From: Mobula hypostoma
Lineage: Eukaryota
Reading direction: 5' to 3'
Assembly: GCF_963921235.1 (NCBI RefSeq)
Contig: NC_086097.1
Coordinates: 64,172,001-64,236,000, forward strand
DNA length: 64,000 nucleotides
Shown here: positions 35,269 through 47,594 of the stretch, in pieces
How positions within the stretch are numbered: the first letter of the stretch is position 1
Layout of the letters: every line of letters begins with the position of its first letter
Position numbers and translations under genes: made by a program
Notes under the pieces: generated by a model
Databases searched by the model: none
What the model was told of the DNA's origin: nothing
The model's input: only the letters and a program-made list of their open reading frames with translations

Positions 35269-36371
35269 GATAATAGCTTTGAGTATAATGCATCAAGGTT
35301 TGTTGATGATAAAAAGTTGATGCATTACCTGCACAATCCAATATGTGATAAAAATGCTGATGATATATTAAGTGAGTGACTTCTACTATTATTGGAAAAA
35401 TAGAAAAGCAGACTGATTTTATGCAATGAGAAACTGGTAACTGCTGGTATTCAAGCAACATACATCAAAGTTGCTGGTGAACGCAGCAGGAAACTTTTTA
35501 TTTCCTGCTCCCCATCTGTAATTTCTTCTGCTCTTCAACTTTTTATTTTATCTCTCACTGCTGGTATTCAGTTAGCTCTTGTACACATATCACAAAAATG
35601 TTAACATCAACCTATTTTATCTCTCCCTTCTCTTCATTGAGGGATGTAAATACACCTGAAACAATAATGCACTTGTCTTTTTCCAATTTAATGTACTGCA
35701 TTCAGTGCTCACATTGGAGAAATCAAACACAGACGAAGTGACTACTTTGTAGAATACCTCCATTCAATTTATAAGAGCATGGTGGATAATTGTCTGCCAT
35801 ATTAATTCTCTATTTCATTTTGACGTCTTGCACTATTTTAACAAAGCTCAACTTATGCTCAAGGGACAGCATTCAATTTGGAATGTTACAAGCCTCAGAA
35901 TTCAACAATGAATTTAACAATATCAGATATCCAGCCTTTCCAGTTCATTTCAGAATTAGCTAGTGCTGATGGAAGATCAGCTTATTATGTTAACTCTGTT
36001 GTCTTCTCTTGCTGGCTGACTTGATGGGTACTTTTAGTATTCTCCTTTATTTCAGATTTTCAGTAAGTGAAATGTTCTGTATCTCAGTTTCAGCATTGCC
36101 CCCTCCCCCACTTCCCAATTCACCTCTTCCAGATAGCTGCAATTTACATACCTTCACTGATATTTATATTATTCAATCACTTTTGGTCTCCACCCCACTG
36201 TGAACATTCCTTTAATAACCTTTGTACCTTTCTCCTTTCTTTACAACTTAAAACATGCCTGTTTCCTGTGCTCTGAGGAAAAGCCAAACATCTGATTTTC
36301 TTTTCTTCTCCCACACAAATGTGGCTGAACTAGCGTGTCTTTCCAGCATTTATACTGTCCTTATCCAACAG

Positions 36372-37280
36372 TCTGTGGTTAAGAAGGCATATGGTGTATC
36401 GGCCTTCATCAATCGTGGAATTGAATTTAGGAGCTGAGAGGTAGTGTTGCAGCTATATAGGACCCTGGTCAGACCCCACTTGGAGTACTGTGCTCAGTTT
36501 TGGTCGCCTCACTACAGGAAGGAAGTGGAAACCATAAAAAGGGTGCAGGGGAGGTTTACAAGGATATTGCCTGGATTGGGGAGCAGGCCTTATGAAAAGG
36601 GGTAGGCCATTTAGAATGGAGTTGAGGAAAAACTTTTTCACTCAGAGAGTGGTGGATATATGGAATGCTCTGCCCCAGAAATCTGTGGAGGCCAAGTCTC
36701 TGAATGCTTTCAAGAAAGAGATGGATAGAGCTCTTAAAGATAGCGGAATCAAAGGTTATGGGGATAAGGCAGGAACTGAATATTGATTGTGGATGATCAG
36801 CCACGTTCACAGTGAATGGCGGTGCTGGCTCGAAGGGCCGAATGACCTACTCCTGCACCTATTGTCTAAAACAGGTTGAGTGAACGCTGCCTTTTCTCCT
36901 TCGAGCGACGGAGGATGAGAGGTGACCTGATAGAGGTGTATAAGATGATGACAGGCATTGATCGTGTGGATAGTCAGAGGCTTTTTCCCAGGGCTGAAAT
37001 GGCTGCCACAAGAGGGCACAGGTTTAAGGTGCTTGGGAGTAGGCACAGAGGAGATGTCAGGGGTAAGTTGTTGTTGTTTTTTTACTCAGAGAGTGGTGAG
37101 TGCGTGGAATGGGCTACCAGCAACAGTGGTGGAGGCGAATACGATAGGGTCTTTTAAGAGACCTTTGGATAGGTACATGGAGCTTAGAAAAGTAGAGGGC
37201 TGTGGGTAACTCTAGGTAATTTCTAAGGTAGGGATATGTTCGGCACAACTTTGTGGGCGGAAGGGCCTGTATTGTGCTGT
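36372..37280 (+). mobile_element. CR1 3' fragment with a second CR1 3' end nested at ~36598-36867
   Basis: The host reading GCCTTATGAAA...AACAGGTTGAGTGAAC is split by an insert encoding RPFRMELRKNFFTQRVV that has its own tail. Confidence 0.85.
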
Positions 37281-37927
37281 AGGTTTTCTAAGTTTCTTAG
37301 TCCTCAAGATCTTGTACTGCCATCATCCTCAGTTTTAGGTTTTAGATGCAGCCTAACCTAATACACCACCATTACATTTTGCACAGAGAAATTTTTTCCA
37401 ACTTCACTCTTGAAATGACTAACTATACTTTTAACTTAACTCTATTGTTAAACTCATGAAACTGAAAATAATTTCCTCTTTGTACTTAATTAGCTCCCTT
37501 TAAAAAATCTATATTCTAAGAAGTATACAATTTACTGTCATTTTTTGTTACCTTTGTAAAATTCCAACACAAGTTACATCAGTGCCTGATTATAAAATTT
37601 GTTCTCCTTTTAATCTGTGGGGGTAATAGTGTAAAAACCAAATGGGCCATATTGAGCTGGTTGTAGTTAGTTGTTCTACAGGTAAGCAGAAAAATGGATA
37701 ACAGGGAATGGACAATCCATCTCTTAACATTAAGTCTACTTGGAATACAACAATCACCTTAGAACTGGGATCTATGTCACATACAACTTGGGATCAATAC
37801 ACCAGTCATTGGAATTAGGGCCTGTAGACTGGAAGAGAAATTGTTTTTATTGATTGTTAACTCATTGATTTTAAATATTTTGCGATGTGTTAATGTAGTA
37901 ATCCTTAGTTCTGAAATCTGTTTTTGA

Positions 37928-38900
37928 GACTACGAGACATAAGAGCAGAATTAAACCATTCAGCCGATTGAGTCTGCTCCATCGTGGCTGCTTTATCATC
38001 CCTCTCAACCCCACTCTCCTACCTTCACCTGGTAACCTTGACACACTTACTACTCAAGAATTTATCAACCTCCACAGCTGTCTGTGGAAATAAATTCCAC
38101 AGATTCGCCACACTTTGGCTAAAGAAATTCCTCCTCAGCTCTGTTCCAAAAGGGACATCCTTGTATTCTGAGGCTGTACCCTCTGGCCCTAGACTTCCCT
38201 GTTATAGGAAACATCCTCTCCACTTCATCCTTTCAGGCCTTTCAATATTTGATAGGTTTCAGAGAGATGTTCCCTCATCCTTCTGAACTCCAGCAAGTAC
38301 AGGCCCAGAGCTCTCTGATATACCCCCCCGCCCCCAAACCTCAGGGTGACTTCTATCACATTATGATCATTGCTCCATTTGGGATCTTTTACCTTAGGGT
38401 CCCTAACCAAATCTGGTTCATTACACACATACCCAATCCAGACTTGCCTTTCCACTCGTGGGCTCAACCACAAGCTGCTTTATAAAGCCAACTCATAGGC
38501 ATTCTACAAATTTCTTCTCTTGGGATCCAGCATCTACCTGATTTTGCCCAATCTACCTGCATATTGAAACCCCTTATGACTATTGTGACATTTCTAGCTC
38601 CTATTATAACTTGTACTCCACATCCTTGATAATGTTCAGAGACCTGAATACAACTCCTGACAGGGTACTTTTACCTTTGTAGTTTCTTAACTCTATTCTG
38701 TATCTTCTGATCCTATTTCACTGCTTTCTAAGGATATAATTTCATTTTATTTTTAACCAGCAAACCCCCTCCGCCTACTGGTCTGTCCTTTCGATACAAT
38801 GCGCATCCTTGGATGTCAAGCTCCCAACTGTGATCTTTCAGCAGTGACAATTTCCTATAAGATCATCTGCCTGATTCTGTATATTGTGTGCATTCAAAGA
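37928..38900 (-). mobile_element. CR1 fragments: 3' end 37928-38320 and endonuclease region ~38330-38900
   Basis: Reverse complement of the CR1 3' end; ORF 38225-38473 contains NEPDLVRD..SNDHNVIE. Confidence 0.8.
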
Positions 38901-41689
38901 CAGCACTTTCAGTTCTGTATTCTTCATCCTTTTTGGCTTTGCCTCCATTTTACCACAAATTGAATTCTTATTCCTTTCCAAATGTTTTTATTTTTTATTT
39001 ATTCAGGAGACTTTCCTAAATGTTCCTACCATTTACTTTATCCTCACTTTTCCAATCTATTGAAACCACGCTCCCCATAATTTAATTTAAAGACACACTT
39101 CAATCTTTCCCACTGACTGCAATTTTGCCCTACCAACCACCTACTCTTCCTCACAGTCCCACTACATGCTGCAACTATTTGGATGTCAACTGCCCCATCC
39201 TCTGTCAAATCACGCTAGTTTCCATTCTCATGCTAAACTTTTTTATAATATATATTCTAATTAACTTGACAATGTTTTTAAACTCTTTCCAAACACATTT
39301 CTCTGAAAGAAGCTTAGCCTCCAGCTTCACCTCCTTTTTAAGGCTATTCTGGACCAAGATATCAGAAGTATGGTGCCTGACCTCACTGAAGAATTACCAG
39401 ATAAAATAACGTCATCCTGATCAACCTCATCTAATTTTGCTCAGTGCAGAGATAGCAGACTAGTTCCAGTTCAATTTCACCTGACATGCGTTTTCTCTCT
39501 CCCTTTCCCCATGACAGTACCCGTTTTATAATCTTGTAAAATACAATGAGATTCTTCGGCTGAGGGGTCTAGAGTAGGAGTCACAACACTAACTTGATTT
39601 GAAAAGGTACTAAATATTTGGAATTTTCTGCCTCAGAAGGTTGCCCGTAGATTCACAATTGATGATATATTCAAGGTAGAATAATAGAATTATATCCTAA
39701 TCTCAACCATCCCTTTACATATGATTACAACCTTCAACTATAGGTAGTAAACTTAAGTAAAAAGGCAAAAAAAAAAATATCAGCTGTCAAACATTAAGAA
39801 TTTTGAATTGTTTAAAGAAGGTAGGAAAAACTTTCACAAATTAGTTAAAATTCAGCCATTTCTCTTCCCTGCAAGGATGAAAATCAGTGACACATGATGT
39901 ATGCCAGAAAATAGCAACATTTCATAAAATTTATTGCTATCAAATTATCTCAACTCATCAATAAGTCAATACAAGTGTATTTGCAGAGTGATCACAAAAG
40001 GGAAAGAAATTTTTAAATAAAGAAACAAATTGACTAAGAATCACTAAAGATTTAAAGATCAAAATTAAAAATCTCACTTTTTTGCATTTTATTTCCAACA
40101 ATAAAATTAAACGACTAGAAATAAAGTTACATGGAGTAATTTTTAAAGCATATTTTGTGTACTACTGCAAAAATGATCTTGAAAAGATTGTACCACTTGG
40201 TTTGATATGTTCAAGCCACCAAAGCACAAAATATATATTTCAAATCTGTTAACTATTTCAGCTACTGAAAACTTTAAAAGTGATCCGTTGATAGATTAGT
40301 TATATACAAACTCTGATAAGTCACCAAATTTTACTTGAGCAACAGAGCCCCTAGTATGGTCTGCACCAATTAACCCCTGATAGGTTGGAGTCAGTAAAAT
40401 CAACTTCATTGTCCTTGAATGGGAGGCAAGAGAAAGAAAAATAACAAGAAACTCTCATTCCGAATTCCTAATCCGAATTTCTAACTCTTGGCATGTTAGT
40501 AGAGCATGCAATTGGGCCAGGATAAAATTATTCCTTGCAATTGTAATCTGACAGCTAGAAACATTCTTGCTATTCACAATCAAGACCAACACATTTCAAA
40601 TTACTGTTTTATACAAATATACAGAGAGGGGAATTGGTGCCAGCATCAGTGGAACATCAATAGAAGCTACTGACTTCAAGGTAGAATTCAGAACATGGCA
40701 GGGAAAAATATTGAGAATTTGGCTCTACCCCCATCATGCAATTCCTCTTTCAGTCACACCCTAGAGCTGACACTGAAATTGACTGCATTATATTTTCAAA
40801 GATATTATCCAGGGTGGAAGGAAGATATGAGATTTAATAATTTAAAAAATGGAAGCTAATCATTCAAGAGTGTCATGGCTCTGAATTTTCTGATCTAGTA
40901 CTAACCACCTAACTGTACTTGAACCAATGATTGACTATTTCCTTTGAATAAAAGTTAAAATAACCCTTTTCAATTTTCTGTTAAACATGCTGCACAGCAT
41001 TCATTTAAAGAAAAAAACTGACAAATATTGGAAATGATAGTATGATTTCAAACAAGATGTTCGCTTTTAAACTCCAGTTACTAGATACACAATTATATTG
41101 AAATCATGATAGCAGCCTTTGATTAGTTCTTCATGGTAATCATTCCAAATTGGCAAATAAACAATATAGTTTCAGTGCACTCCTTTACATCCTTGTCAAC
41201 TGTGACCCTTTTGCAAATGGGCTAAATTGTGTATCTGACTCTACATTGAAGGGAAAGGAGAATTTTAATGATATTTTGCAGCTTTACAAGAAGCAATACA
41301 AAAAATTATAAAATAAGTTGAGTAATATTGAGCATTTACAGTATTTTGGTTATCCCACTAATTATAAAAAAAGCAGAAGTGTCTTCAGATCAATAATATT
41401 TCTGTCAGTGATGAAAGTCAGAGTTTGCAACAAGTCCTCAATGAAAACATTTATAATTTTCTTTTTTAAAAAAAAGTGTAGCTTAACACTTTATGCTTGT
41501 ATTAACCTGTAGTTTGTCCTTTAGAAAATTAAAGGCAATTTTAAATATTTTTGAATCCATTAAAAGAAAGCATAATTGCTGCATTGAATTTTAGTTGGGT
41601 AGAAGTATAGTTCTAACTTAATAGTCAAACTACTATAGATTGGCTCACTTTCCATGGCAATTAATAATTTATCAGGAAAATAGATGTCA

Positions 41690-44600
41690 GGGAAAGTACT
41701 GAAAGGCAAAATCAGAAAAACAGGTACGATGTGTCAGATAGCTTGAAGTGTGTATATTTTAATGCTAGGAGTATTATAGGCAAAGGTGATTAACTTGGAG
41801 CATGGATCAGTATGTGGAACTACGATGTTGCGGCCATTACAGAGTCTTGGCTGAGAGAGGGGCAGGAATGAGTGATTAACATACCAGGTTTTCGGAGTTT
41901 TAGATAAGATACGAGACGGAGGTAAAGTTGGGGGTGGTGGGGCGGGAAGAGCTGTATGACTAATCAGGGACTATATCACAGCTGCACAGAATGGAGACCT
42001 AACGGAGGGTTTAGACACCGAATCCATTTGGGTAGAACAGGAATAGGAACGGTGCAATCACACTGATGGGATTGTAATACAGACCTTCCCCCCTCCCCCC
42101 CCCCATGGTCACCGGGACATTGAGAAACAAATATGTAAACAGATTAAGGAACTGTGTAAAATTAATAGGGTTGCTGTCATGGGGGATTTCAACTTCCCTT
42201 ATATAAATGAAAACTTCTTAGTGCAAGGGGATTAGATGGGACAAAATTTGTTAAGTGTATCCAGGAGGGTTTCTTAAAATCAGTATCTAGATGGTCCAAT
42301 GAAAGGAGGGTCTGTATTGGACTTGGTGTTGGGTAATGAGCCTGGCCAGGTGACTGACCATTCAGTGGGTGAGCAGTTAGGGAAGAGTGACCACAACTCC
42401 TTAACTTCCAGGATAGCTATAGATAAGGATAGATGCTTGTAGGAGAGTCTTAAATTGGAGATGGACAAATTTCAAGGGCATTAGGCAGGAACTAAGAAGA
42501 GTTTAATGAGAACACCATTTTTTCTGGCGAGTCCACATCAGTCATGTGGAGGGTGTTTAAAGATCAATTGCACGGTGTACAGGAAAAGTATGTTCCTGTT
42601 AGAAGGGAAGGCAGGGATGGAAAGATAAGAGAACCTTGGACGTCCAGAGGTACTGATTTAGTCAAGAAGAAAAAGGAAAAGTACGTAAAGCTTCAAAAGT
42701 TAGGATCAAACAAAGCACATGAGGATTATAAAGAAGCCAGAAAAGAACTAAGGGGGAATTAGAAAAGTCGGAGAGGCCATGAAAAGTCTTTGGCAAGTAG
42801 GATTAAGGAAAACACCAAGGCATTCTATACATAGCCAGCTGGTGGCATAGTGGTAGCGAAGGTTCCTGAGTTCGAATCCATCCGGCTCCCTTGCATGCTT
42901 TCGTGCAACTCGGCCTTGTAAAAATGAGAAAGCCTGCTAAAAAAAAACGCTATGTTGGCGTCCCGATGACTCCACTTGGAGTTAAGGGCAAAAAAAAATT
43001 CTATACATAAATTAAGAGCAAGAGGATAACTAGGGAGAGGGCAGGACCACTCAAGGATAAAGAGGAGGACATTTGTTTGGATGTGTAGAATGTGAGTGAG
43101 GTACCTAATGAGTCCTTTGCTTCACTATTTACAAAGGAAAAGGACAGAGGACCAGGAGATCAGCGCTATGTGCATAAATATGTCAAGGAGGAGGAAGTGT
43201 TGGGGCTCCTAGTGAATATTAAAGTGCAGATGGGGTTTACGGGACCTTGAGCAGTATCTTCGTGTCCTCTCTAGGCACAGACAAGATCCCGGAGGACTGG
43301 CTAGTAGCTAATGTTGTTACCTCTATTTAAAAAAGAGAACAAGGGAACATCCTGGAAACTATAGGCCTGTGAGTCTCACATCAGTTGTAGGGAAATTACT
43401 GGAGAAAATTCTTAGGGATAGGATATATGAGCATTTGGAAACCCACTGCCTAATTAGGGAGAGCCAGCGTGGCTTTGTGCGGGGCAAGTCGTGTCTTATC
43501 AACTTGAATGAGTTTTTTGACAAGGTGCCAAGAGAGATTGATGAAGGTAGAGCTGTGGACGTTGTCAACATGGACTTTAGTAAGGCCATTGACAAAGTCC
43601 CTCTTGGGAGGCTAATCCAGAAAATTAGGATGCATGAGGTCCTCGGCAAATTGACTGCTTGGATTCAGAACTGGCTTGCACATAGAAGACAAAGGGCAGT
43701 GGTTGAAGGGACTTATTTGAGCTGGAGGTCTATAATTAGCAGAGCTTTGCAGAGATCTCTTCTGTTTGTGATGTATATATATGACCTGGATGAAAATGCA
43801 GATGAGTGTTAGTAAGTTTGCAGATGATACCAAGACGGTGACACCGTGGATAATGTAGAAGACTGGCAAAGACATAAATCAATTGCAGGTATGGGCAGAG
43901 AAATGGCAGATGGAGGATAACCCAGATAAATGTGAGGTGTTGCACTTTGGTAGGGAAAATGCAAGGAGACAGTACATCGTTATGGGCAAGACCCTTAACA
44001 GTGTTGCTGATCAGAGAGATCTTGGGGTCCAAGTTAATTCTCCATGAAAGTGGCTACACAGGCCGATAGGTTAAGAAATCTTACCAAATGCTTGCTTTTA
44101 TTAGTCGAGGCATTGAATTTAAAAGCCAGATGTTATGTTGCAACTTTATAAAACTCTGGTTAGGCAGCCTGGAATTTTGCATACAGTTCAGGTCTTCCCG
44201 CTATAGGAAGGACCTTCAGGCTTTTTAGAGGGTGCAAAAGAGGTTTACCAGGATGCAGCCTGGTTGAGAGGGCATGTGCTATCATGAAAGTCTGTACAAA
44301 CTTGGGTTGTTTTCTTTGGAGCAGAGGAGGCCAAGGGAGATCTGATAAAGGTTTATAAGATTATGAAAGGTATAGATAGGGTAATCAGGGAGTATCTGTT
44401 CCCCAGGGTAGAAATGTCTAATACCAGAAGGCACGCATTGAAGATGAGAGGGGCGAGATTCAAAAGGGATGTGAGGGGTAAGTTTTTTTTACTCAGCATT
44501 CTGGATGCCTGAAATGTGCTGCCTGGAATGGTGGTAGAGGCAAATACATCAGAGGCTTTTAGGAGATGTTTAGAACGTGAACTTGAGGAAGACAGAGGGA

Positions 44601-44735
44601 TATGGACATTGTACAGGTAAGAGGGATTAGTTTTCTGGGGTTTAAAAAAAAATTAATTTTTAGCTGGTTTGGCACAACACTGTGGGCCGAAGGACCTGTT
44701 CCTGTGCTGGACTGTTCTAGGTTTCATGTTCTAAT
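41690..44735 (+). mobile_element. Near full-length decayed CR1 ORF2 plus 3' UTR
   Basis: Endonuclease start (YFNARSI, GDFNFP, SDH), RT (SLTSVVGKLLE, MDFSKAIDKVP, FADDTK) and GTTTCATGTTCTA tail. Confidence 0.92.
42834..42997 (+). mobile_element. tRNA-derived SINE inserted in CR1
   Basis: A-box TGGCATAGTGG, B-box GAGTTCGAATCC and an A tail. 12-bp TSD ATTCTATACATA at 42822-42833 and 42998-43009. Confidence 0.88.
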
Positions 44736-45479
44736 TAGACAATATAACAATTATCAAACTAGCCTCAACTCACGTTTTCTAACCAATGTTAAAATGAAAA
44801 GTGTTTCATTTTGAAGTGAGTATAAGTATATAGTTCACCAATATGATTATGCAACTTTGTAACCACGTGATTAAAAAAAAACTGTATTCTGAATGGTTCC
44901 TCATTCACGTTTACATTGATTTCAAAACCTTTTAAGGAATAGCTGCTTTTACTTTAAAAAGTATAAATAAAAGACACAAGTGAGGTATTTTCTTATTATG
45001 GCCAATGAAATAAAGTACAGTTGTGTTTCCCCAAAGTTCCTTTGCCTATTAACCTGAAAATGATTTTTGTATTTCAATGAAATAAGAACTTTCAATATTT
45101 TCACCTTTGTATTTTTATTATAAAGGTGTATATGTTATTAAACACAATATAGAAACTTCGGAAAAATTACAATTTGTGAGAGCTAACTTAATTGAAGATG
45201 TGTTTGTTAGCTCAGTGGATGCTAGATTTAGGTGATTTTAATCAATGATTAACAATTTCTCCATATAATCAAGTTCAACAACTTGAAGAAACCACAATTC
45301 ATCAAATTTAATTAAGAAAATAAACTGAGAACAAAGGAGGAAGCAATTGATTTTTTTTAATATATAATCAGAGCTGTTGAAAAAGATGGTAAGATATTCA
45401 ACTTAAACATTGTTCCAGTTACAAACCTCATCCCAGATTTTATAGCAACTAAAACTTAATTTACATGTTGCATACTTAC

Positions 45480-45533
45480 TGCTGACATTAGAGCCAAACA
45501 GTACATACTGTACATACATTAATGCTACTGCTT
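45480..45533 (-). CDS. RALGAPA1: Candidate in-frame 54-nt alternative exon of RALGAPA1
   Basis: Long pyrimidine tract, then TGCATGAACCAG| acceptor and |GTAAGT donor. Phase 1-1 with no stop, encoding EAVALMYVQYVLFGSNVS. I recall no homologue. Confidence 0.45.
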
Positions 45534-45787
45534 CTGGTTCATGCAAGAGGGAAATAAAAGAAGAGAGGTGTTATTTATCCGTATCAGCCTGGCTTATTAA
45601 ATATATTTCAACGTTGAAAGGTTAGTTTGACGTGCAGGCCTGGTTAGTAAACTATAGTTGAAGGTAGTATTTAAAGCACGTGGGATTTTAGTGTGAAGAA
45701 AGCATCAAGAGGATTGATTTAAACTGTTAAGTGTTTAGTGCTCTGGTAAGAAGTCACCTGAATGTAAGCTCTCTCACTGAATCTTAC

Positions 45788-45817
45788 CTTGGACTTACAG
45801 AACTGACAATTAATGAT
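45788..45817 (-). CDS. RALGAPA1: RALGAPA1 alternative 30-nt micro-exon encoding D-H-stop (coding part 45810-45817)
   Basis: Minus strand TTTTATTTTCCCCTTTAG|ATCATTAATTGTCAGTTCTGTAAGTCCAAG|GTAAGA. The upstream exon's last G plus AT CAT TAA gives ..SDSDH*, like the recalled mammalian ..SDADH* ending. Confidence 0.8.
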
Positions 45818-46400
45818 CTAAAGGGGAAAATAAAACAATGAAAATAATCACTTTGATACAACGTTGATTTGCACAGTTCAGGAAAGCTCTGAGTTTGCCA
45901 TTTCTACAAATAACAAAATAGGTTGAAAAGGCTGTTTAATATCAATACAACCAGAAAGCCAGTATAATTTATGAAGGACCACCACGGAATAAATCTTAAT
46001 TCGTACTGTTTAAAAAAGGTCTGTTATGTATTTTGCACTATAACACGAGCTACAATTTTTAAACAATATTTTAAAGGGTATATTTGAATCTTACTCATCC
46101 AGTTTAAAATAAAATGAAATCCTTTTGAAAAATGAAAAAGAAGTATTTTTTCAGAAAGAACAATTTCTCTTGCCTACGAAAGTCCAGACATACATTGTTT
46201 TACAAATCCATAATAAACTCTAGATACCAATCTAGTTGTTAGTTATTGTAGACTCAATACAATTTAATTAAAAAAGTGCTTGAAATTAAAGTATCAATAT
46301 TATGTTTAGTAATCAAATGCTACAGATTGAATATATAACTCCAACTAATATTCAACTGTTATGGATATTTAATAATGAATTCAAAAATATTTGCTGTTAC

Positions 46401-46525
46401 CTGAATCAGATGGTAAATGATGGCAAGGAGCCGGACAGAAGACTTGCGCAGCAAAATCCTCGAAAGTAGTTGGTTCTTGGTGGTGTTGTACAATTGTTTC
46501 CAGATATCGAGCTCGTTCCTCATAG
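46401..46525 (-). CDS. RALGAPA1: Ral GTPase-activating protein alpha-1, late coding exon (125 nt)
   Basis: Minus strand reads ATCAG|C TAT GAG ... GAT TCA G|GTAACA and encodes [41 protein letters not shown]. This matches the recalled RALGAPA1 C-terminus better than RALGAPA2. Confidence 0.93.
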
Positions 46526-47594
46526 CTGATATTCAAATTAAGTATAAACAACCGAATTAAACTAACCAACTTCAAATAATCCTATGGTAGTTAAGTAAAT
46601 ATTGCAACCATTCATGTCAACAGGAAAAATAATTATTTTGACCATAAAAAATTGTTTGGAAAGTATCTTAGCTTGGAACCACAATGGAGTTGTAATGCAA
46701 TTTATGAAATTAAATAAATGCAGGAGAAAATTCAGATTTCCATCTCTGAATTTTAATTTTTTAAATGAAATAGCATGTGTACATAGGGCAAAGATTTATC
46801 TGCATCTGCTGGCAATATATTTCAACCTCTACTAAAGAAAGTGGATACACTTTTGTTGAGATTTCCAGCTCTCCTACTAACTGTCACAGGTTTTCTAGTT
46901 CTCACAGTTATATAACTAATGAGTCTACAGTTAAGATTAAATATTACTTGATAATAAAATTCTAAAAAAAAGGCTACAAGCAGCTCTATGAAGAAAATTA
47001 CTATCAAAAGAAATTTTACTTTACTCTGATTAATAAAAATAACACTATTCGGCTTTCTGTTTTCCTTTTCATTACCTTCATGTATTTATATATGGAATGA
47101 TCTGACTGGGCAACACACAAACAAAACCTTTTCAATGCATCTTGGAGCAGGTGACAAAAATATACCAATTCAATACAACCCCCAAAGCAACCCACCTGAT
47201 GAGAACAGATTTTCTAGGATCATAAACAGCATATTGCTCTATCATTTCTTTAAACATCTGTCAGCTTAAAAAGCTAATAAATATCAGGCAAAAACTTGTA
47301 TCAATCACGAATACAGAAAATGATGATATATCACATCTGTCCAAACCAGGATTACAGTAAAGAACATGCTTCAGCTACTGTTTACACTGGAATCAATTAA
47401 AGAATGAGTTTAAATGAAATTACAACAAGCAACAGTAGATATGTTTCATGAAACTACTGAGAGAGAGCTATAGAGCAAACATGTCATTTAGCCCACTATG
47501 CCCATGCTGACCTTCTTGCTACTTTCCATAATCCCATTTGCCTGCATCAAAACTATATCCAACCAAGTCTTGCCTATTTACTGTGAGTACTCAG

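Noticed and set aside
46381..46575. Stand-alone 64-aa gene
   Set aside because: Only 46401-46525, bounded by AG/GT, resembles RALGAPA1; the rest is intron read-through.
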